Shown here piece by piece: positions 8,800 to 19,817 of a stretch of 64,000 nt of DNA. Source of the stretch: Candidatus Latescibacterota bacterium (lineage in GTDB: Bacteria; Latescibacterota; UBA2968; GCA-2709665); contig OZ252100.1 in NCBI GenBank assembly GCA_965248435.1, positions 2,784,001-2,848,000 on the forward strand, given 5' to 3'. The notes below the pieces were generated by a model. That model saw nothing but the letters and a program-made list of their open reading frames with translations, was not told the origin of the DNA and ran no database searches. The translations under genes were made by a program, and so were the position numbers. The stretch's first letter is position 1. Every line of letters starts with the position of its first letter.

Positions 8800-10014
8800 A
8801 TGCGACAAGACGAGCCTCGAGATACGAGATACGAGATGCGAGATACGCTCCTTGACCACAATCTGGGCACGCACATCCCTGCGCTTCGCGAGTTCGAGTC
8901 CACTCCTGAACTGGAAGCCTCCCCACTCTATGCCAGGCTGAAACGAGACATCGATACGGTCCTGGGTGGGATCCTCTACGGGGGAGAACAGCAAAGCAAC
9001 TCCTCTCCACCGCCCACTTCGATCCGCGCCACCGCCTGGAACCTCGAGCGTGGGCTTAATCTCGAGGGCATTCTCCGAATCCTTGGAGAACATCCCAGGA
9101 TGCGGGAAAGTGACCTCTTTCTCTTGACGGAGCTCGACCATGGGATGGCGCGGTCGGGAAACCGCTTCGTGGCCAAGGAAATCGCCAGCGCGCTCGGACT
9201 CCAATACGCATTTGCGCCGTGCTACTTGAGCCTCGACAAGGGTAGTGGCATTGAACAGCTCACCCGAGGCGAAAACGAACAGGCCCTGCACGGCAACGCC
9301 CTATTCTCACGCTATCCCATTCGGGATGCGCACACGGTCTCCCTCCCGAACGGCAAAGACAAAATGAAGGGAACGGAAAAGCGTTTGGGATGTCAGAGGG
9401 CGGTTGTCGGCACGGTGGATCACCCCCTCGGCCTATTCCGAGCTGTCTCCCTTCACCTGGATGCCCACTCCTCCCAAAAGCACCGTCTTCGTCAGATGAA
9501 TCTCGTTCTGGACCATCTCGAAGGCCTCACACCTGTGCTGCCCATCCTCATTGGAGGAGATTGGAACACCTCCACCTACAATTCAAGCCGAGCGCTTTTC
9601 TCCATACTTGGCTACTTCAGACGCGTCTTGATGGGTGTGGGCAACGTGATCAGAAACCACTACCCCTATCCGGATCGCTGGTTCGAACGTCGTCTGTTTC
9701 GTCGGATCGAGCGACGAGGATTTCGTTATCGAGACCTGAACGAACCAGGGGCCTGCACGCTTCACTATGACGTAAAGGACCTCGTCTCAAACGGCGGCCT
9801 GGCCGAGTGGATTCCTCGATGGTGCTTTTGGTTCATCAACTGGGCCCTCCAGGGCAACGACGGCCGATGTTCGTTCAAACTCGACTGGTTTGCCGGCAGA
9901 AGCATCCGCCCGGTCTCTGAATCTCCACCCGGAGTGATCAGCGGCCTGAACGACACGTATGGCCGAGTCTCGGATCACGATCCCATCCTCCTCGATTTCA
10001 TCCCTGAAGAATAG
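8800..10014 (+). CDS. Endonuclease/exonuclease/phosphatase family protein
   Basis: WNLERG, LTELD, HGNALFSRYPI, HLD, GGDWN, KLDWF, SDHDPI. The true start may be ATG 8836. Confidence 0.9.
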   Translation: MRQDEPRDTRYEMRDTLLDHNLGTHIPALREFESTPELEASPLYARLKRDIDTVLGGILYGGEQQSNSSPPPTSIRATAWNLERGLNLEGILRILGEHPRMRESDLFLLTELDHGMARSGNRFVAKEIASALGLQYAFAPCYLSLDKGSGIEQLTRGENEQALHGNALFSRYPIRDAHTVSLPNGKDKMKGTEKRLGCQRAVVGTVDHPLGLFRAVSLHLDAHSSQKHRLRQMNLVLDHLEGLTPVLPILIGGDWNTSTYNSSRALFSILGYFRRVLMGVGNVIRNHYPYPDRWFERRLFRRIERRGFRYRDLNEPGACTLHYDVKDLVSNGGLAEWIPRWCFWFINWALQGNDGRCSFKLDWFAGRSIRPVSESPPGVISGLNDTYGRVSDHDPILLDFIPEE

Positions 10015-10064
10015 GTAGAACTGAAGAACCTTCCATTCTGACAGACGCCCTGGGTAAACGCGAA

Positions 10065-10165
10065 ACGGGGCACCCCTCCCAGGAGGTGGATTGATGAATT
10101 TGTCCGGTTTTACGCCTTATGAATATGAAAGTCCCCTCCTCGGAGGGGACTTAGGGCTGGGTCCG
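10065..10165. repeat. REP-like palindromes of the cccctcc..ggagggga family between convergent genes
   Basis: cacccctcccaggagg and aagtcccctcctcggaggggactt; related ggaggggact motifs at about 6840 and 7465. Confidence 0.6.
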
Positions 10166-10239
10166 GCGTCCAGGACTCCCCCCTTTAAGCCGTGCCGCAG
10201 AGAGCGACTGGGGGGTTAGGTCGGTGATGCAAGGTACGG

Positions 10240-11061
10240 TCACCTGACCCGTGAACGCAGAAACGCCAGGCTTTGCTCCATCCACACCTCGTGCTCCTGA
10301 CTGTCCGGCGGCAGTCGCAGCTTGATCGCGACTGTCGTCCCGTCCGGGTCGGGCAGCTGCTCTGCCATCATGCGTAAAATCGTCTCGAAATCGACCGATC
10401 CCTGACCGATCGGCGTGCCCCAGATCGTGACCTGATTGGACCGCCCCGGGTAGACGCGCGCATCCTTGAACGCCACAGCGATCGCGTGAGGAAGCACCGA
10501 TCTGGCCGCATCCACAGGATCTTCGCAGACCGGCAGCGCATTCGCGGTGTCGAACGCCATCCCAAGATGCGAGTGATCGACCGCTTCCATCACTGAGACC
10601 AGCTCCTTCCCCCGGTAGTCCAGGTGCGGCAGCAGCCCCAGCTGGATCTCTCTATCCGATGCCGCCTCCGCTACAGGTCCCAGGTGATCGGTCATCTGCT
10701 TCAACTGATCCACCAGCGGGGGCTCATTCGTAAATCGGTTATGCATTTTGGTCTGTCCGAAGATAACCAGAGATTTTACACCTCCGTTTGTCGCCACATC
10801 AAAGGCTTTCTGAGCCCGACCCAACAGGCCGTTTACTCCACCCTCCGGCGTCACAAAGTCCTCACACCAGTAGCCGATCCAGCGGATCCCCAGATCGGCC
10901 GCCGCCTTTCCGACTTCTCTGGGATCATCCTTGCCCTCGAGCGGCAGCGACGCCTCAAGGGCGCCCAGACCAAGTTCTGAGCAGTGTTCCAGCAGCCACA
11001 AGAGCGGCTTTCGTTCAGGCAGCAGGCTGGTGTACGACGGAGATGAAAATCCAAGAATCAC
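10240..11061 (-). CDS. Sugar phosphate isomerase/epimerase (xylose-isomerase-like TIM barrel)
   Basis: AFDTANALPVCEDP, FKD, IGQGSVDF motifs; some usual acidic metal ligands look substituted. Confidence 0.8.
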   Translation of the reverse strand: MILGFSSPSYTSLLPERKPLLWLLEHCSELGLGALEASLPLEGKDDPREVGKAAADLGIRWIGYWCEDFVTPEGGVNGLLGRAQKAFDVATNGGVKSLVIFGQTKMHNRFTNEPPLVDQLKQMTDHLGPVAEAASDREIQLGLLPHLDYRGKELVSVMEAVDHSHLGMAFDTANALPVCEDPVDAARSVLPHAIAVAFKDARVYPGRSNQVTIWGTPIGQGSVDFETILRMMAEQLPDPDGTTVAIKLRLPPDSQEHEVWMEQSLAFLRSRVR

Positions 11062-11189
11062 GGGCTCCTCCTCATTAGCTACTTTCCTTCATCGAATACG
11101 GATTCTTAAGTTGGTATACCCATGATAGAAAAAACGAGTTAAATTAGCCACCTGAGATACGAATTCGATACGGTCAATGCGAGGGTGGG

Positions 11190-12983
11190 ATGAAAGACAA
11201 CGACGAGACAAGGGATCAGGAAACGAGGGAACGTCTTGGCAAAATCTTCGATTTTTCCAACGACGCTATATTCATTATCGATCCAGAGGGTGATGAAATC
11301 CTCGACGTAAACCCCAGCGCCTGTCGGATGCTCGGGTATTCTCGCGAAGAGTTGCTGTCTCTGGCCGTATCTGCAATTCATCCGGATGAGATGCCACAGC
11401 TGCGGGCCTTTGCGAAATCGGTTCTAGAAGACGGAAAGGGATGGACTAATGAACTCACGTGCTTGACGAAGGGCAGCCAGACGCTGCCGGCGGAGATCTC
11501 GGCCTCGATTGTTGATATTCGTGGGAAAACTTGTATGATCGCTCTCGTCCGCGATATCAGCCAGCGGAAAAGGGCCGAGGAGGCGCTTGTCCGCCTGGCC
11601 TCGTTTCCCGAACAGAATCCGAATCCTGTCGTTGAGACCGACCTTAACGGGAAGGTAACTTACCTCAATCCCCTAGCAAGCGAACGATTTCCAGATCTGG
11701 AGACAGCCGGTCTTGAGCATGCATTGTTTGAAGGGTTGAGAGCGATTGTTAGCGAACTTAAGGAAGGGGGCGCGGAATCTATCGTTCGAGAGATTGAGAT
11801 TGGAGACTGCACATACGATCAAAAAGTGACCCATGTCTCCGAGAGCGGCATCGTGCGTATCTTCGCACATGACATCACCAAGCGCAAGCAAGCAGAGCAA
11901 GCACTGCAGGAAGCGAACGAGAAGCTGGAAAGACGGGTTGCGGAGCGAACAGCCGAACTCTCCGACGCCCTAACGGAAGTAGAGGACCTCAAGAATCGTC
12001 TCCAGGCCGAGAACGTCTATCTGCAGGAGGAGATCAAGCTCCAGCACAACTTCGACGAAATCATCAGCCGCAGTGAGGCGCTTAACAGCGTGCTGCGGAA
12101 GGTGGAACAGGTTGCTTCGACGGATGCCACAGTGCTGATTCTGGGTGAGACCGGTACTGGAAAAGAGCTGCTCGCCCGGGCTGTCCATAATATCAGCGCA
12201 CGCAAAGATCGTCCGCTGGTCAAGGTAAACTGTGCGGCCCTGCCCGCAAACCTGATCGAAAGCGAACTGTTCGGCCACGAGAAGGGGGCCTTTACGGGGG
12301 CGCTCGCGCAAAAGGTCGGGCGTTTTGAATTGGCCGATGGCGGAACGGCTTTCCTGGACGAGATCGGCGACCTGCCGCTGGAGTTGCAGTCCAAACTGCT
12401 CAGGGTCCTCCAGGAGGGAGAATTCGAGCGCCTTGGGGACCCGAGAACCGTCAAGGTGGATGCCCGAGTGATTGCGGCCACAAACCGTGACCTGGAGAAG
12501 GCGATAGATACCGGGGACTTTCGCGAAGATCTCTACTACAGGCTGAACGTCTTTCCGATCGTGAGCCCCCCACTTCGGGACCGCAAAGAAGATATTCCCC
12601 TCCTGGTAAACCATTTTCTTATGAAGTTTGGCGCGAAGATGGGCAAGAAGATCGAAACGATTCCGCAAAAAGAATTCGACAAACTGCAGGCCTACCACTG
12701 GCCGGGCAATGTTCGGGAGCTGGAAAATGTGATCGAGCGGGCCATGATCACCAGTCCAGGAACACAACTGGAATTGGGCGACTGGCTCCCGAGAACCCGT
12801 GCCTCGTCCGGCGGGTCCACGGTTTCTACCCTCGAGGAACTTGAGCGGGAGCATATCCTAAGGGTGCTGGAACAAACGGGCTGGCGGGTGAGCGGAGAAA
12901 AGGGTGCGGCAAAGATTCTGGAAATAAAGCCAACGACCTTGCAGGCCAGGATGAAAAAACTGGGGATCAAGCGCAAGAGATGA
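11190..12983 (+). CDS. PAS-PAS sigma54-dependent transcriptional activator (bEBP)
   Basis: Walker [15 protein letters not shown] loop, [23 protein letters not shown]-terminal Fis-type HTH. Confidence 0.97.
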   Translation: MKDNDETRDQETRERLGKIFDFSNDAIFIIDPEGDEILDVNPSACRMLGYSREELLSLAVSAIHPDEMPQLRAFAKSVLEDGKGWTNELTCLTKGSQTLPAEISASIVDIRGKTCMIALVRDISQRKRAEEALVRLASFPEQNPNPVVETDLNGKVTYLNPLASERFPDLETAGLEHALFEGLRAIVSELKEGGAESIVREIEIGDCTYDQKVTHVSESGIVRIFAHDITKRKQAEQALQEANEKLERRVAERTAELSDALTEVEDLKNRLQAENVYLQEEIKLQHNFDEIISRSEALNSVLRKVEQVASTDATVLILGETGTGKELLARAVHNISARKDRPLVKVNCAALPANLIESELFGHEKGAFTGALAQKVGRFELADGGTAFLDEIGDLPLELQSKLLRVLQEGEFERLGDPRTVKVDARVIAATNRDLEKAIDTGDFREDLYYRLNVFPIVSPPLRDRKEDIPLLVNHFLMKFGAKMGKKIETIPQKEFDKLQAYHWPGNVRELENVIERAMITSPGTQLELGDWLPRTRASSGGSTVSTLEELEREHILRVLEQTGWRVSGEKGAAKILEIKPTTLQARMKKLGIKRKR

Positions 12984-12987
12984 GAAT

Positions 12988-13021
12988 TCTCAATATTTGA
13001 CGAGTCTCCAAGATATTGGGA
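12988..13021. promoter_or_regulatory. Putative bEBP upstream activator sequence (palindrome), copy 1
   Basis: tctcaatatttg-N9-caagatattggga, about 115 bp upstream of a sigma54 promoter; conserved in two other copies. Confidence 0.6.
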
Positions 13022-13081
13022 TTTTTTTGTCTCTTCCGAAGGCCCGTAAAACGGTTCTGTTGAGTTTGGTGTTGTATTTCC

Positions 13082-13118
13082 AACCATTTGAGTCATTTCT
13101 CAAATGGTTTTTGTTTTT
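13082..13118 (+). terminator. Terminator-like hairpin abutting a sigma54 promoter
   Basis: aaccatttgag-N6-ctcaaatggtt followed by a T-rich tract. Confidence 0.7.
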
Positions 13119-13132
13119 GGCATACGCCTTGC
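13118..13132 (+). promoter_or_regulatory. Sigma54 -24/-12 promoter
   Basis: TGGCATACGCCTTGC versus consensus TGGCAC-N5-TTGC. Confidence 0.9.
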
Positions 13133-13148
13133 GATGCGAGACAGTGCA

Positions 13149-13195
13149 ATGGAGAATACAACTCACACGATCCTGACCGACTTCGAAAAGGAGGG
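13149..13195 (+). pseudogene. Thioredoxin 5' remnant
   Basis: MENTTHTILTDFEKE matches MENTTHIILTDADFQKE of the intact thioredoxin at 34042, with the same 17-nt offset from the -12 box. Confidence 0.8.
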
Positions 13196-13625
13196 CGTTA
13201 TGTTGGGAAGACTTTCACACCGTATGGTATATCTCCACGACCAGACCTGGCCCATAAGACCTTCTTGGCTCCCACAAATCAGAAGGAAATATCGTCGAGG
13301 ACTGCGAGTTCGAGGATCCAGAAAGTGAACTATTTCAGCCTACTGTTTAAAGCGTTTATTGATTCATTTGTAGAGAACAGGCGTAAGGGCAGCCCTGCGG
13401 CTGGGAATGATCCTAGATGGGGCCTTCCTGGTCAGCCACTCCCTCCCGGCTGCCAGAAGCGCTCCTTGCGGGGATGCCATTTAGGGAGCATCCCCGCAGG
13501 GTACAAAGGCCTTCAATTTATCGAGGCGGGTGCGCCGAAATAGGACAAAGTGTGCAAGGTTAGAAAGAAGACAGCCCGTAATATTTACGATTTCAGTTGC
13601 TAAGTATCCTAAAGGAGGTTTGGCC

Positions 13626-15569
13626 ATGTCTACGTTAGTAGCCCCTACGACAGACCGATTAGGCTGGTTCAAGGAACTGTATGACCGACATCAAGAGGAA
13701 GTGATGGATCTCCTGGAATATCTCGAGCTGTGTGAGAGTGATTCGATGATGTATGCTTCACCCCACGATCGACTTCTAAGGGCTATCGGCGAGCCTGTGC
13801 TCCTCGATACGAGCCCGGATGAGCGTCTCAGTCGAATCTTTTCGAACCGCGTGATTCGAACGTATCCGCCGTTTGTAGAGTTCTACGGCATGGAGGATAC
13901 GATTGACAGCATTGTTTCATTTTTGAGGCACGGGGCCCAAGGGTTAGAGGAAGTGAAACAGATTCTGTATCTCCTTGGCCCCGTCGGGGGCGGAAAATCG
14001 TCACTTGCCGAACGTATTAAGGAACTTATGGAACAAGAGCCATTCTATGCGATATACGGATCTCCCATAAATGAATCTCCGCTCGGATTGTTTGCTGATC
14101 AATTTCAGCGAAAGGCGCTTGAGGACAGATACGACATCCCGTCACGGTGCGTTCCACCGATCATGTCTCCTTGGGCAGCAAAGCGCCTCCAGGAGTTTGA
14201 GGGAGACATCACGAAGTTTAAAGTAGTGAAACTCTACCCCTCTATCCTCAATCAGATCGCGATTTCGAAAACAGAGCCCGGAGACGAAAACAATCAAGAC
14301 ATCTCTTCGCTTGTGGGCAAAGTCGATATTCGGAAGCTAGAAGCGTTTTCTCAAGACGATCCGGACGCATATAGCTTTTCCGGAGGCCTCGCTCGCGGAA
14401 ACCAGGGCTTGTTGGAGTTTGTGGAGATGTTCAAAGCCCCTATCAAAACGCTGAACCCGTTACTTACGGCTACTCAGGAAGGCAATTACAAGGGCACCGA
14501 AGGACTGGGGGCGATACCTTTCACCGGTATTGTACTGGCACACTCGAATGAGTCTGAGTGGAAGGAATTCCACGCAAACAAACGCAACGAAGCGTTTATA
14601 GATCGAGTCAACATCGTAAAAGTGCCCTATTGCCTGCGAGTTTCCGAAGAGGAAGAGATCTACAAGAAGCTCATCCGCCACAGCTCACTCACGCAGGCGA
14701 CCTGTGCACCTCAGACGCTTAGGATGATGGCCCAATTTTCTGTGCTTTCGCGCTTGAAAGATCCAGGTGAACACTCGAACCTTTTCTCAAAGATGCGCGC
14801 TTATGACGGTGAGAGCCTCAAGGACGTTGACCCGAAGGCCAAGGCCATCCAAGAGTATCGCGATGATGCAGGTGTTGATGAAGGTATGAACGGTGTGTCC
14901 ACTCGATTTGCGTTCAAGATCCTCTCGAAGACCTTTAACTACACTACAAACGAGATTGCGGCGAATCCTGTGCACTTGATGTATGTGCTCAGACAGGAAG
15001 TTCTTCACCTGCAGCACCCGCGTGAGGAGGAATTTCTGGCCTTTACAAACGAGTACCTTGCCGAACGGTATAAGGAATTCATCAGCAAGGAGATCCAGAC
15101 CGCATTTGTAGAGTCGTATTCTGAATATGGCCAAAACATCTTCGATCGGTACGTCCAATACGCAGATTTTTGGATTCGTGATGAAGACTATCGCGACCCC
15201 GATACAGGCGAGATGTTCGATCGAAATGCGCTGAACCAGGAACTTGAGAAAATCGAGAAGCCCGCCAATATTGTAAATCCAAAGGATTTCAGGAACGAGA
15301 TCGTGAACTTCGTTCTGCGTTGGCGAGCGGAACACGGCGGCGAGAACCCAGGGTGGACAAGCTATGAAAAGCTTCGCGAGGTGATCGAGAAGAAGATGTT
15401 CTCGAGCACCGAGGATCTACTGCCGGTCATCTCGTTCACGACAAAGGGTTCGGCTGACGAACAGCAGAAGCACGATGACTTTGTGCAACGTATGATGGAG
15501 AGAGGGTATACGGAAAATCAGGTCCGCCTGGTAGTGGACTGGTTTCAGCGTGTGCGAAGGTCTTCTTGA
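13626..15569 (+). CDS. prkA: PrkA/YeaG family AAA+ serine protein kinase
   Basis: RBS aaaggaggt; LYLLGPVGGGKSS, KTEPGDENNQDIS, EFVEMFKAPIK, AHSNESEW. Confidence 0.97.
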   Translation: MSTLVAPTTDRLGWFKELYDRHQEEVMDLLEYLELCESDSMMYASPHDRLLRAIGEPVLLDTSPDERLSRIFSNRVIRTYPPFVEFYGMEDTIDSIVSFLRHGAQGLEEVKQILYLLGPVGGGKSSLAERIKELMEQEPFYAIYGSPINESPLGLFADQFQRKALEDRYDIPSRCVPPIMSPWAAKRLQEFEGDITKFKVVKLYPSILNQIAISKTEPGDENNQDISSLVGKVDIRKLEAFSQDDPDAYSFSGGLARGNQGLLEFVEMFKAPIKTLNPLLTATQEGNYKGTEGLGAIPFTGIVLAHSNESEWKEFHANKRNEAFIDRVNIVKVPYCLRVSEEEEIYKKLIRHSSLTQATCAPQTLRMMAQFSVLSRLKDPGEHSNLFSKMRAYDGESLKDVDPKAKAIQEYRDDAGVDEGMNGVSTRFAFKILSKTFNYTTNEIAANPVHLMYVLRQEVLHLQHPREEEFLAFTNEYLAERYKEFISKEIQTAFVESYSEYGQNIFDRYVQYADFWIRDEDYRDPDTGEMFDRNALNQELEKIEKPANIVNPKDFRNEIVNFVLRWRAEHGGENPGWTSYEKLREVIEKKMFSSTEDLLPVISFTTKGSADEQQKHDDFVQRMMERGYTENQVRLVVDWFQRVRRSS

Positions 15570-15607
15570 GCTCTAGGGAGCGGGCGCTGTCGATGGGAGG
15601 GCAAACC

Positions 15608-16915
15608 ATGAAATTCGAAATTATCGACCGACGGAAAAATCCCAAAGGAAAGAGCCTTGCCAATCGACAGCGCTTTCTGAAGCGCCACGCCAGGGAGATG
15701 AAAGCCGCAGTCGGGGAAAGAATTCGTGAATCAGATGTGAAGGACATTGGTTCGGATCGCCCGAAACGGATAAAGATGTCTCCGAAGGGCGCGAATGAGC
15801 CGGTGTTTCGCCACGGAGACGGAGGCATTATTGAGCGCGTTTTGCCCGGAAACAAGGAATTCAGACCAGGGGACACCATCCCACGTCCTTCCGGTGAATC
15901 TGGAAACGGTTCACAAGGCGCCCCCGACGGCGAGGGCGAAGACGATTTCGTCTTTGAAATCTCACAGGAGGAGTTTCTGCAGTATTTCTTCGATGGGCTG
16001 GAACTTCCGGACATGGTAAAAAAGGTACTTGTGGACGATGAAGCGTTCAAGCTTCAACGCGCCGGATTTTCGACAGATGGAACTCCGAGCAACCTCGACC
16101 CCCTCCGAACGATGCGGCATTCTTATGCGAGGAGAATCGCGTTTCGAATGCCGAAGCTGCGCCGGAAGCGAGTGCTTGAGGAGGAGCGCGACATCTTGAA
16201 GAAGCAGACAAAAGACGCAGAGGGTATGAATGGCTCGCTGGAGAGGGAGCGACTTGAGGAAATCGAACGGGAGATTGAAACGCTCGAGTGCCAGATTAAA
16301 GCGATTCCGTTTCTCGATGATGTGGACATTCGTTACCGAAGGCACGAACGTATTCCCATACCCATTACACAGGCCGTCATGTTTTGCATCATGGACGTGT
16401 CGGGAAGCATGGGAGAGTGGGAAAAGGAGATGGCCAAGCGTTTCTTCATGCTGCTCTATCTATTCTTAGTTCGCAATTACGAAAGGGTGGAGGTCGTTTT
16501 CATTCGCCACCACCACACTGCCAAAGAGGTCGAAGAAGAGGAGTTTTTCAGATCCCGGGAATCGGGCGGGACCGTCGTTTCATCAGCCCTCGAGTTGATG
16601 AAGGAGATCATCGCCAAGCGGTACGCACCAACCCAGTGGAATATCTATGCGTGCCAGGCTTCGGATGGCGACAACTTCGCGGAAGATCTTCCAGTTGCCT
16701 TCAAACGGATGGTCGATGAGATCATGCCGCTCGTTCAATACTATGCCTACATCGAGGTAGATGAACGCGAAGACAGTGAACTTTGGCCGGTCTATGAGTC
16801 TGTTAGAGATGCATACCCGAATTTTGCAATGGCTAGGATCTCCGATGCGGCCGACATCTACCCTGTCTTCAGAGGGCTGTTCGAACCACGCAGACAAGAG
16901 GTGACCCATGCCTGA
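15608..16915 (+). CDS. yeaH: YeaH/YhbH (UPF0229) vWA-like protein
   Basis: IIDRRKNPKGKSLANRQRF, MDVSGSM, ESGGTVVSSAL, QASDGDN. Confidence 0.95.
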   Translation: MKFEIIDRRKNPKGKSLANRQRFLKRHAREMKAAVGERIRESDVKDIGSDRPKRIKMSPKGANEPVFRHGDGGIIERVLPGNKEFRPGDTIPRPSGESGNGSQGAPDGEGEDDFVFEISQEEFLQYFFDGLELPDMVKKVLVDDEAFKLQRAGFSTDGTPSNLDPLRTMRHSYARRIAFRMPKLRRKRVLEEERDILKKQTKDAEGMNGSLERERLEEIEREIETLECQIKAIPFLDDVDIRYRRHERIPIPITQAVMFCIMDVSGSMGEWEKEMAKRFFMLLYLFLVRNYERVEVVFIRHHHTAKEVEEEEFFRSRESGGTVVSSALELMKEIIAKRYAPTQWNIYACQASDGDNFAEDLPVAFKRMVDEIMPLVQYYAYIEVDEREDSELWPVYESVRDAYPNFAMARISDAADIYPVFRGLFEPRRQEVTHA

Positions 16916-18419
16916 ACAGGACTTCATCTTTACGGATTCGGAATGGACGTTCGAAAAGTTGGACCGTGCTACGGACGCCGTCGAGCAAATCGCTCAGGAA
17001 GAACTCCAGCTCGATTACTACCCGTATCGGCTCGAAATCATCTCCAGTGAACAGATGATGGATGCCTATACATCGGCGGGGATGCCGATCAATTACCATC
17101 ATTGGTCATTCGGGAAACAGTTCATCAGCCTCCAGGAGCACTATAAGAGAGGACGCATGGGCCTCGCGTACGAGATCGTCATCAACTCAAATCCGTGTAT
17201 CGCATACTTGATGGAAGAAAATACGATGACGATGCAGGCACTTGTGATCGCCCACGCGGCATTTGGTCACAATGCGTTTATGAAGAATAACTATCTGTTC
17301 AAACAGTGGACGCATGCCGATGCGATTGTGGACTACCTCGCTTTTGCCAGAAAATATATAGCCGAGTGCGAAGAGCGTTATGGTTTCGAAACGGTAGAGA
17401 AAGTACTCGATGCCTGTCACGCACTACGGCTGCAGGGCGTGGACCGATACACTCATCCACCCGAGCTTTCCGTTGAAGAAGAAGAAAAACGGCAGCGGGA
17501 GCGCAGCCTGCAACGCGAGAGGGACCTGAATGTGCTTTGGAGTACTCTTCCAAAGGGACCTGACGATGGAGAAAAGGAAGAAGAGGCCGGCCTTCTATGT
17601 GAATCACAGGAAAACATCTTGTATTTCATCGAGAAGAACGCTCCCGAGCTTCCGACGTGGAAACGTGAGATTATTCGCATTGTGCGTAAGGTCGCGCAGT
17701 ATTTCTACCCACAGCGACAGACGAAGGTGATCAACGAAGGATTTGCCTCCTTTACCCATTACTACATCATGGGCCGTCTTTCCGAAAAGGGGTTGATTAC
17801 CCCGGGCGCCACGAAAGAGTTCCTGCATTCTCATACCAACGTCGTAGTGCAACCCAATTTTGGAGAAATGAACCCGTATGCTCTCGGGTTCAATATGTTC
17901 ATGGATATCAAGCGCATCTGCGAGAACCCGACGGACGAAGACAGAAAGTGGTTCCCTGATATAGCGGGCGGTCCCTGGCTGGATACGGTTAAGTTTCTAG
18001 CCGAGTCGTTCAAGGACGAAAGTGCGATCCTGCAGTTTCTGTCTCCGAAATTGATTCGCGATTTCAGATTCTTTTCTCTACTGGACGATGAAGGTAGAGA
18101 TGAGCTCGAGGTTACCGCGATCCACAACGATGATGGCTATCGTCATATTCGCAAGGTCATTTCGACGCAGCACGACATAGGCCTTCAAGTGCCAAACATT
18201 GAGGTGTGCAGCGTGGACCGATACGGGGACCGCAAACTCACCCTTCGTCATAATGTGGTGAATCGACGACATTTAGAGTCATTTGATGCAAAAGAAGTGC
18301 TCCAGCACGTGGAAAGGCTCTGGGGGTTTCCTGTGGAGCTGGTTGTGGATTCCGAAGGTGAGACGGAGGTCGCGTGGCGTGTGTCCCAGGGAGAGTTGAT
18401 CTTTGATTCGGAGAAATGA
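16908..18419 (+). CDS. spoVR: SpoVR/YcgB family protein
   Basis: GMPINYHHWSFGK, GLAYEIVINSNPC, AHAAFGHN, YFYPQRQTKVINEG. Confidence 0.95.
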   Translation: MPEQDFIFTDSEWTFEKLDRATDAVEQIAQEELQLDYYPYRLEIISSEQMMDAYTSAGMPINYHHWSFGKQFISLQEHYKRGRMGLAYEIVINSNPCIAYLMEENTMTMQALVIAHAAFGHNAFMKNNYLFKQWTHADAIVDYLAFARKYIAECEERYGFETVEKVLDACHALRLQGVDRYTHPPELSVEEEEKRQRERSLQRERDLNVLWSTLPKGPDDGEKEEEAGLLCESQENILYFIEKNAPELPTWKREIIRIVRKVAQYFYPQRQTKVINEGFASFTHYYIMGRLSEKGLITPGATKEFLHSHTNVVVQPNFGEMNPYALGFNMFMDIKRICENPTDEDRKWFPDIAGGPWLDTVKFLAESFKDESAILQFLSPKLIRDFRFFSLLDDEGRDELEVTAIHNDDGYRHIRKVISTQHDIGLQVPNIEVCSVDRYGDRKLTLRHNVVNRRHLESFDAKEVLQHVERLWGFPVELVVDSEGETEVAWRVSQGELIFDSEK

Positions 18420-18623
18420 CTAACGCCCAAATGCCTGAATGTGTGCGATACGTGGGACTGAAATTAAGAAACCAGAAACAGCATGGGTAGACCTTGCCGC
18501 GGAGGCTTTATCAGGGATGGAAACTGTCAAAGAGGTCCTTCCAGAAGGCCGTGCTGTTACCCCCCAGTTCAGATCCGGGACAAGTAAATTCTACTTGAGC
18601 GAGCCGGAGAATCGGACGAAACG

Positions 18624-19307
18624 ATGAACACTCACCCACTCTGGGGCGGGGTTGTGGCCGGATTCGGCGCGATCGGCGTCGCTGCCCTTTTCAACTTGGC
18701 AGCGGCGAATACGTCGGCCTCTCAGGGGATGGGGGACGCCCTTCGCTACGAAAAGGTGCTCCTGAAAATGGGGGATCGCTGCATCGTCAGCAATCTACTG
18801 CTCGACGAGCATGGTTTGGCCTTTCTCTATCGTGGACGGCGCGTAACCTTGGATGCCGCTCACGTGCAAACGTTTTTCGACCAACCGATGAAGTACTTTT
18901 CTAATCTTCAGCCTAGAGGCGCCCTATTTCAGGAAGATGCCATACGCAAGCCACCGAAGAGGATCGGCTGGTTTATCTTTGGTGTATGGATGACACTAGG
19001 ATTGACTGCGGGTGCATTCTGCACCCATCTGGCCTTGGGAAAGGGACTCTCCCCGGTTACCTGGTTTTTTGTCGGACTGACAACCAACCTGGTCGGTGTC
19101 CTACTGGCACTGAGACAATCTTCCAGGACACGGGTAGAGATGCGTCCACGCCTGGCCAAAATTACGAAGACCGTACCGCCGTTGATATGTTCAGCGTGCC
19201 GTGCGCAAAACCACCCGTCTGCGAGGCAGTGCACAGGCTGCGGCAGCAAGATGCAGCCTATCATGGAGTCTGAGGTGGAGCGTACGGGGCTGTATGAGTC
19301 AATGTAA
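18624..19307 (+). CDS. Membrane protein with C-terminal zinc ribbon
   Basis: N-terminal hydrophobic segment, two TMs, CSAC...CTGC double CxxC. Confidence 0.75.
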   Translation: MNTHPLWGGVVAGFGAIGVAALFNLAAANTSASQGMGDALRYEKVLLKMGDRCIVSNLLLDEHGLAFLYRGRRVTLDAAHVQTFFDQPMKYFSNLQPRGALFQEDAIRKPPKRIGWFIFGVWMTLGLTAGAFCTHLALGKGLSPVTWFFVGLTTNLVGVLLALRQSSRTRVEMRPRLAKITKTVPPLICSACRAQNHPSARQCTGCGSKMQPIMESEVERTGLYESM

Positions 19308-19395
19308 AGCACTCTGTTATCAAAGCCCTCTCTATTTGTTCAGACTCTGAGGTGCAATGGACAGCTGCTTACTACGCAACTAGGGGTTTGTTGGG

Positions 19396-19752
19396 GTGAC
19401 CATAGATTCCATAACGCCAAAGTGGCGACGGCCGTGGCTCGGCGATCTTTTGGCCTCGGTCTTCGTCGGGTGTTCCCTATTGTGGGGATACGCCCACCTC
19501 CATTTCAGCTTTTGGCCGCCGATCGCAGTGGGTTATCTCGTTCCCGTTTTAGTCTATCGCTTCAGCACGACTTGGAACGTGTGTCCCCATTCGAATCGCA
19601 AGGCCGTGATCACTGCCCTTGTGATGGGCACGCTATTCGCCGTTGTGCACTACATCTCGCTTCCCCATTGGTCCAGCACCGCAACGGGATTTATTGCGCC
19701 GGCCATCGTCTCCTGGTCCGCTCGTTGGTCCACTCACACGAATTTGGGCTAG
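19396..19752 (+). CDS. Small hypothetical membrane protein with internal two-fold repeat
   Basis: Four hydrophobic segments with repeated ...H...W...GY/F..P pattern; start codon uncertain. Confidence 0.55.
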   Translation: MTIDSITPKWRRPWLGDLLASVFVGCSLLWGYAHLHFSFWPPIAVGYLVPVLVYRFSTTWNVCPHSNRKAVITALVMGTLFAVVHYISLPHWSSTATGFIAPAIVSWSARWSTHTNLG

Positions 19753-19817
19753 TTGCCACTTTTTGCGGCTGTTCTGAATGACATAGAAGCGTGTTGGCGT
19801 TGCATGACCTCCCTTTT

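Noticed and set aside
11970-12854. 294-aa minus-strand ORF
   Set aside because: Antisense shadow of the conserved bEBP AAA+ region; a similar shadow occurs at 38457-39173.
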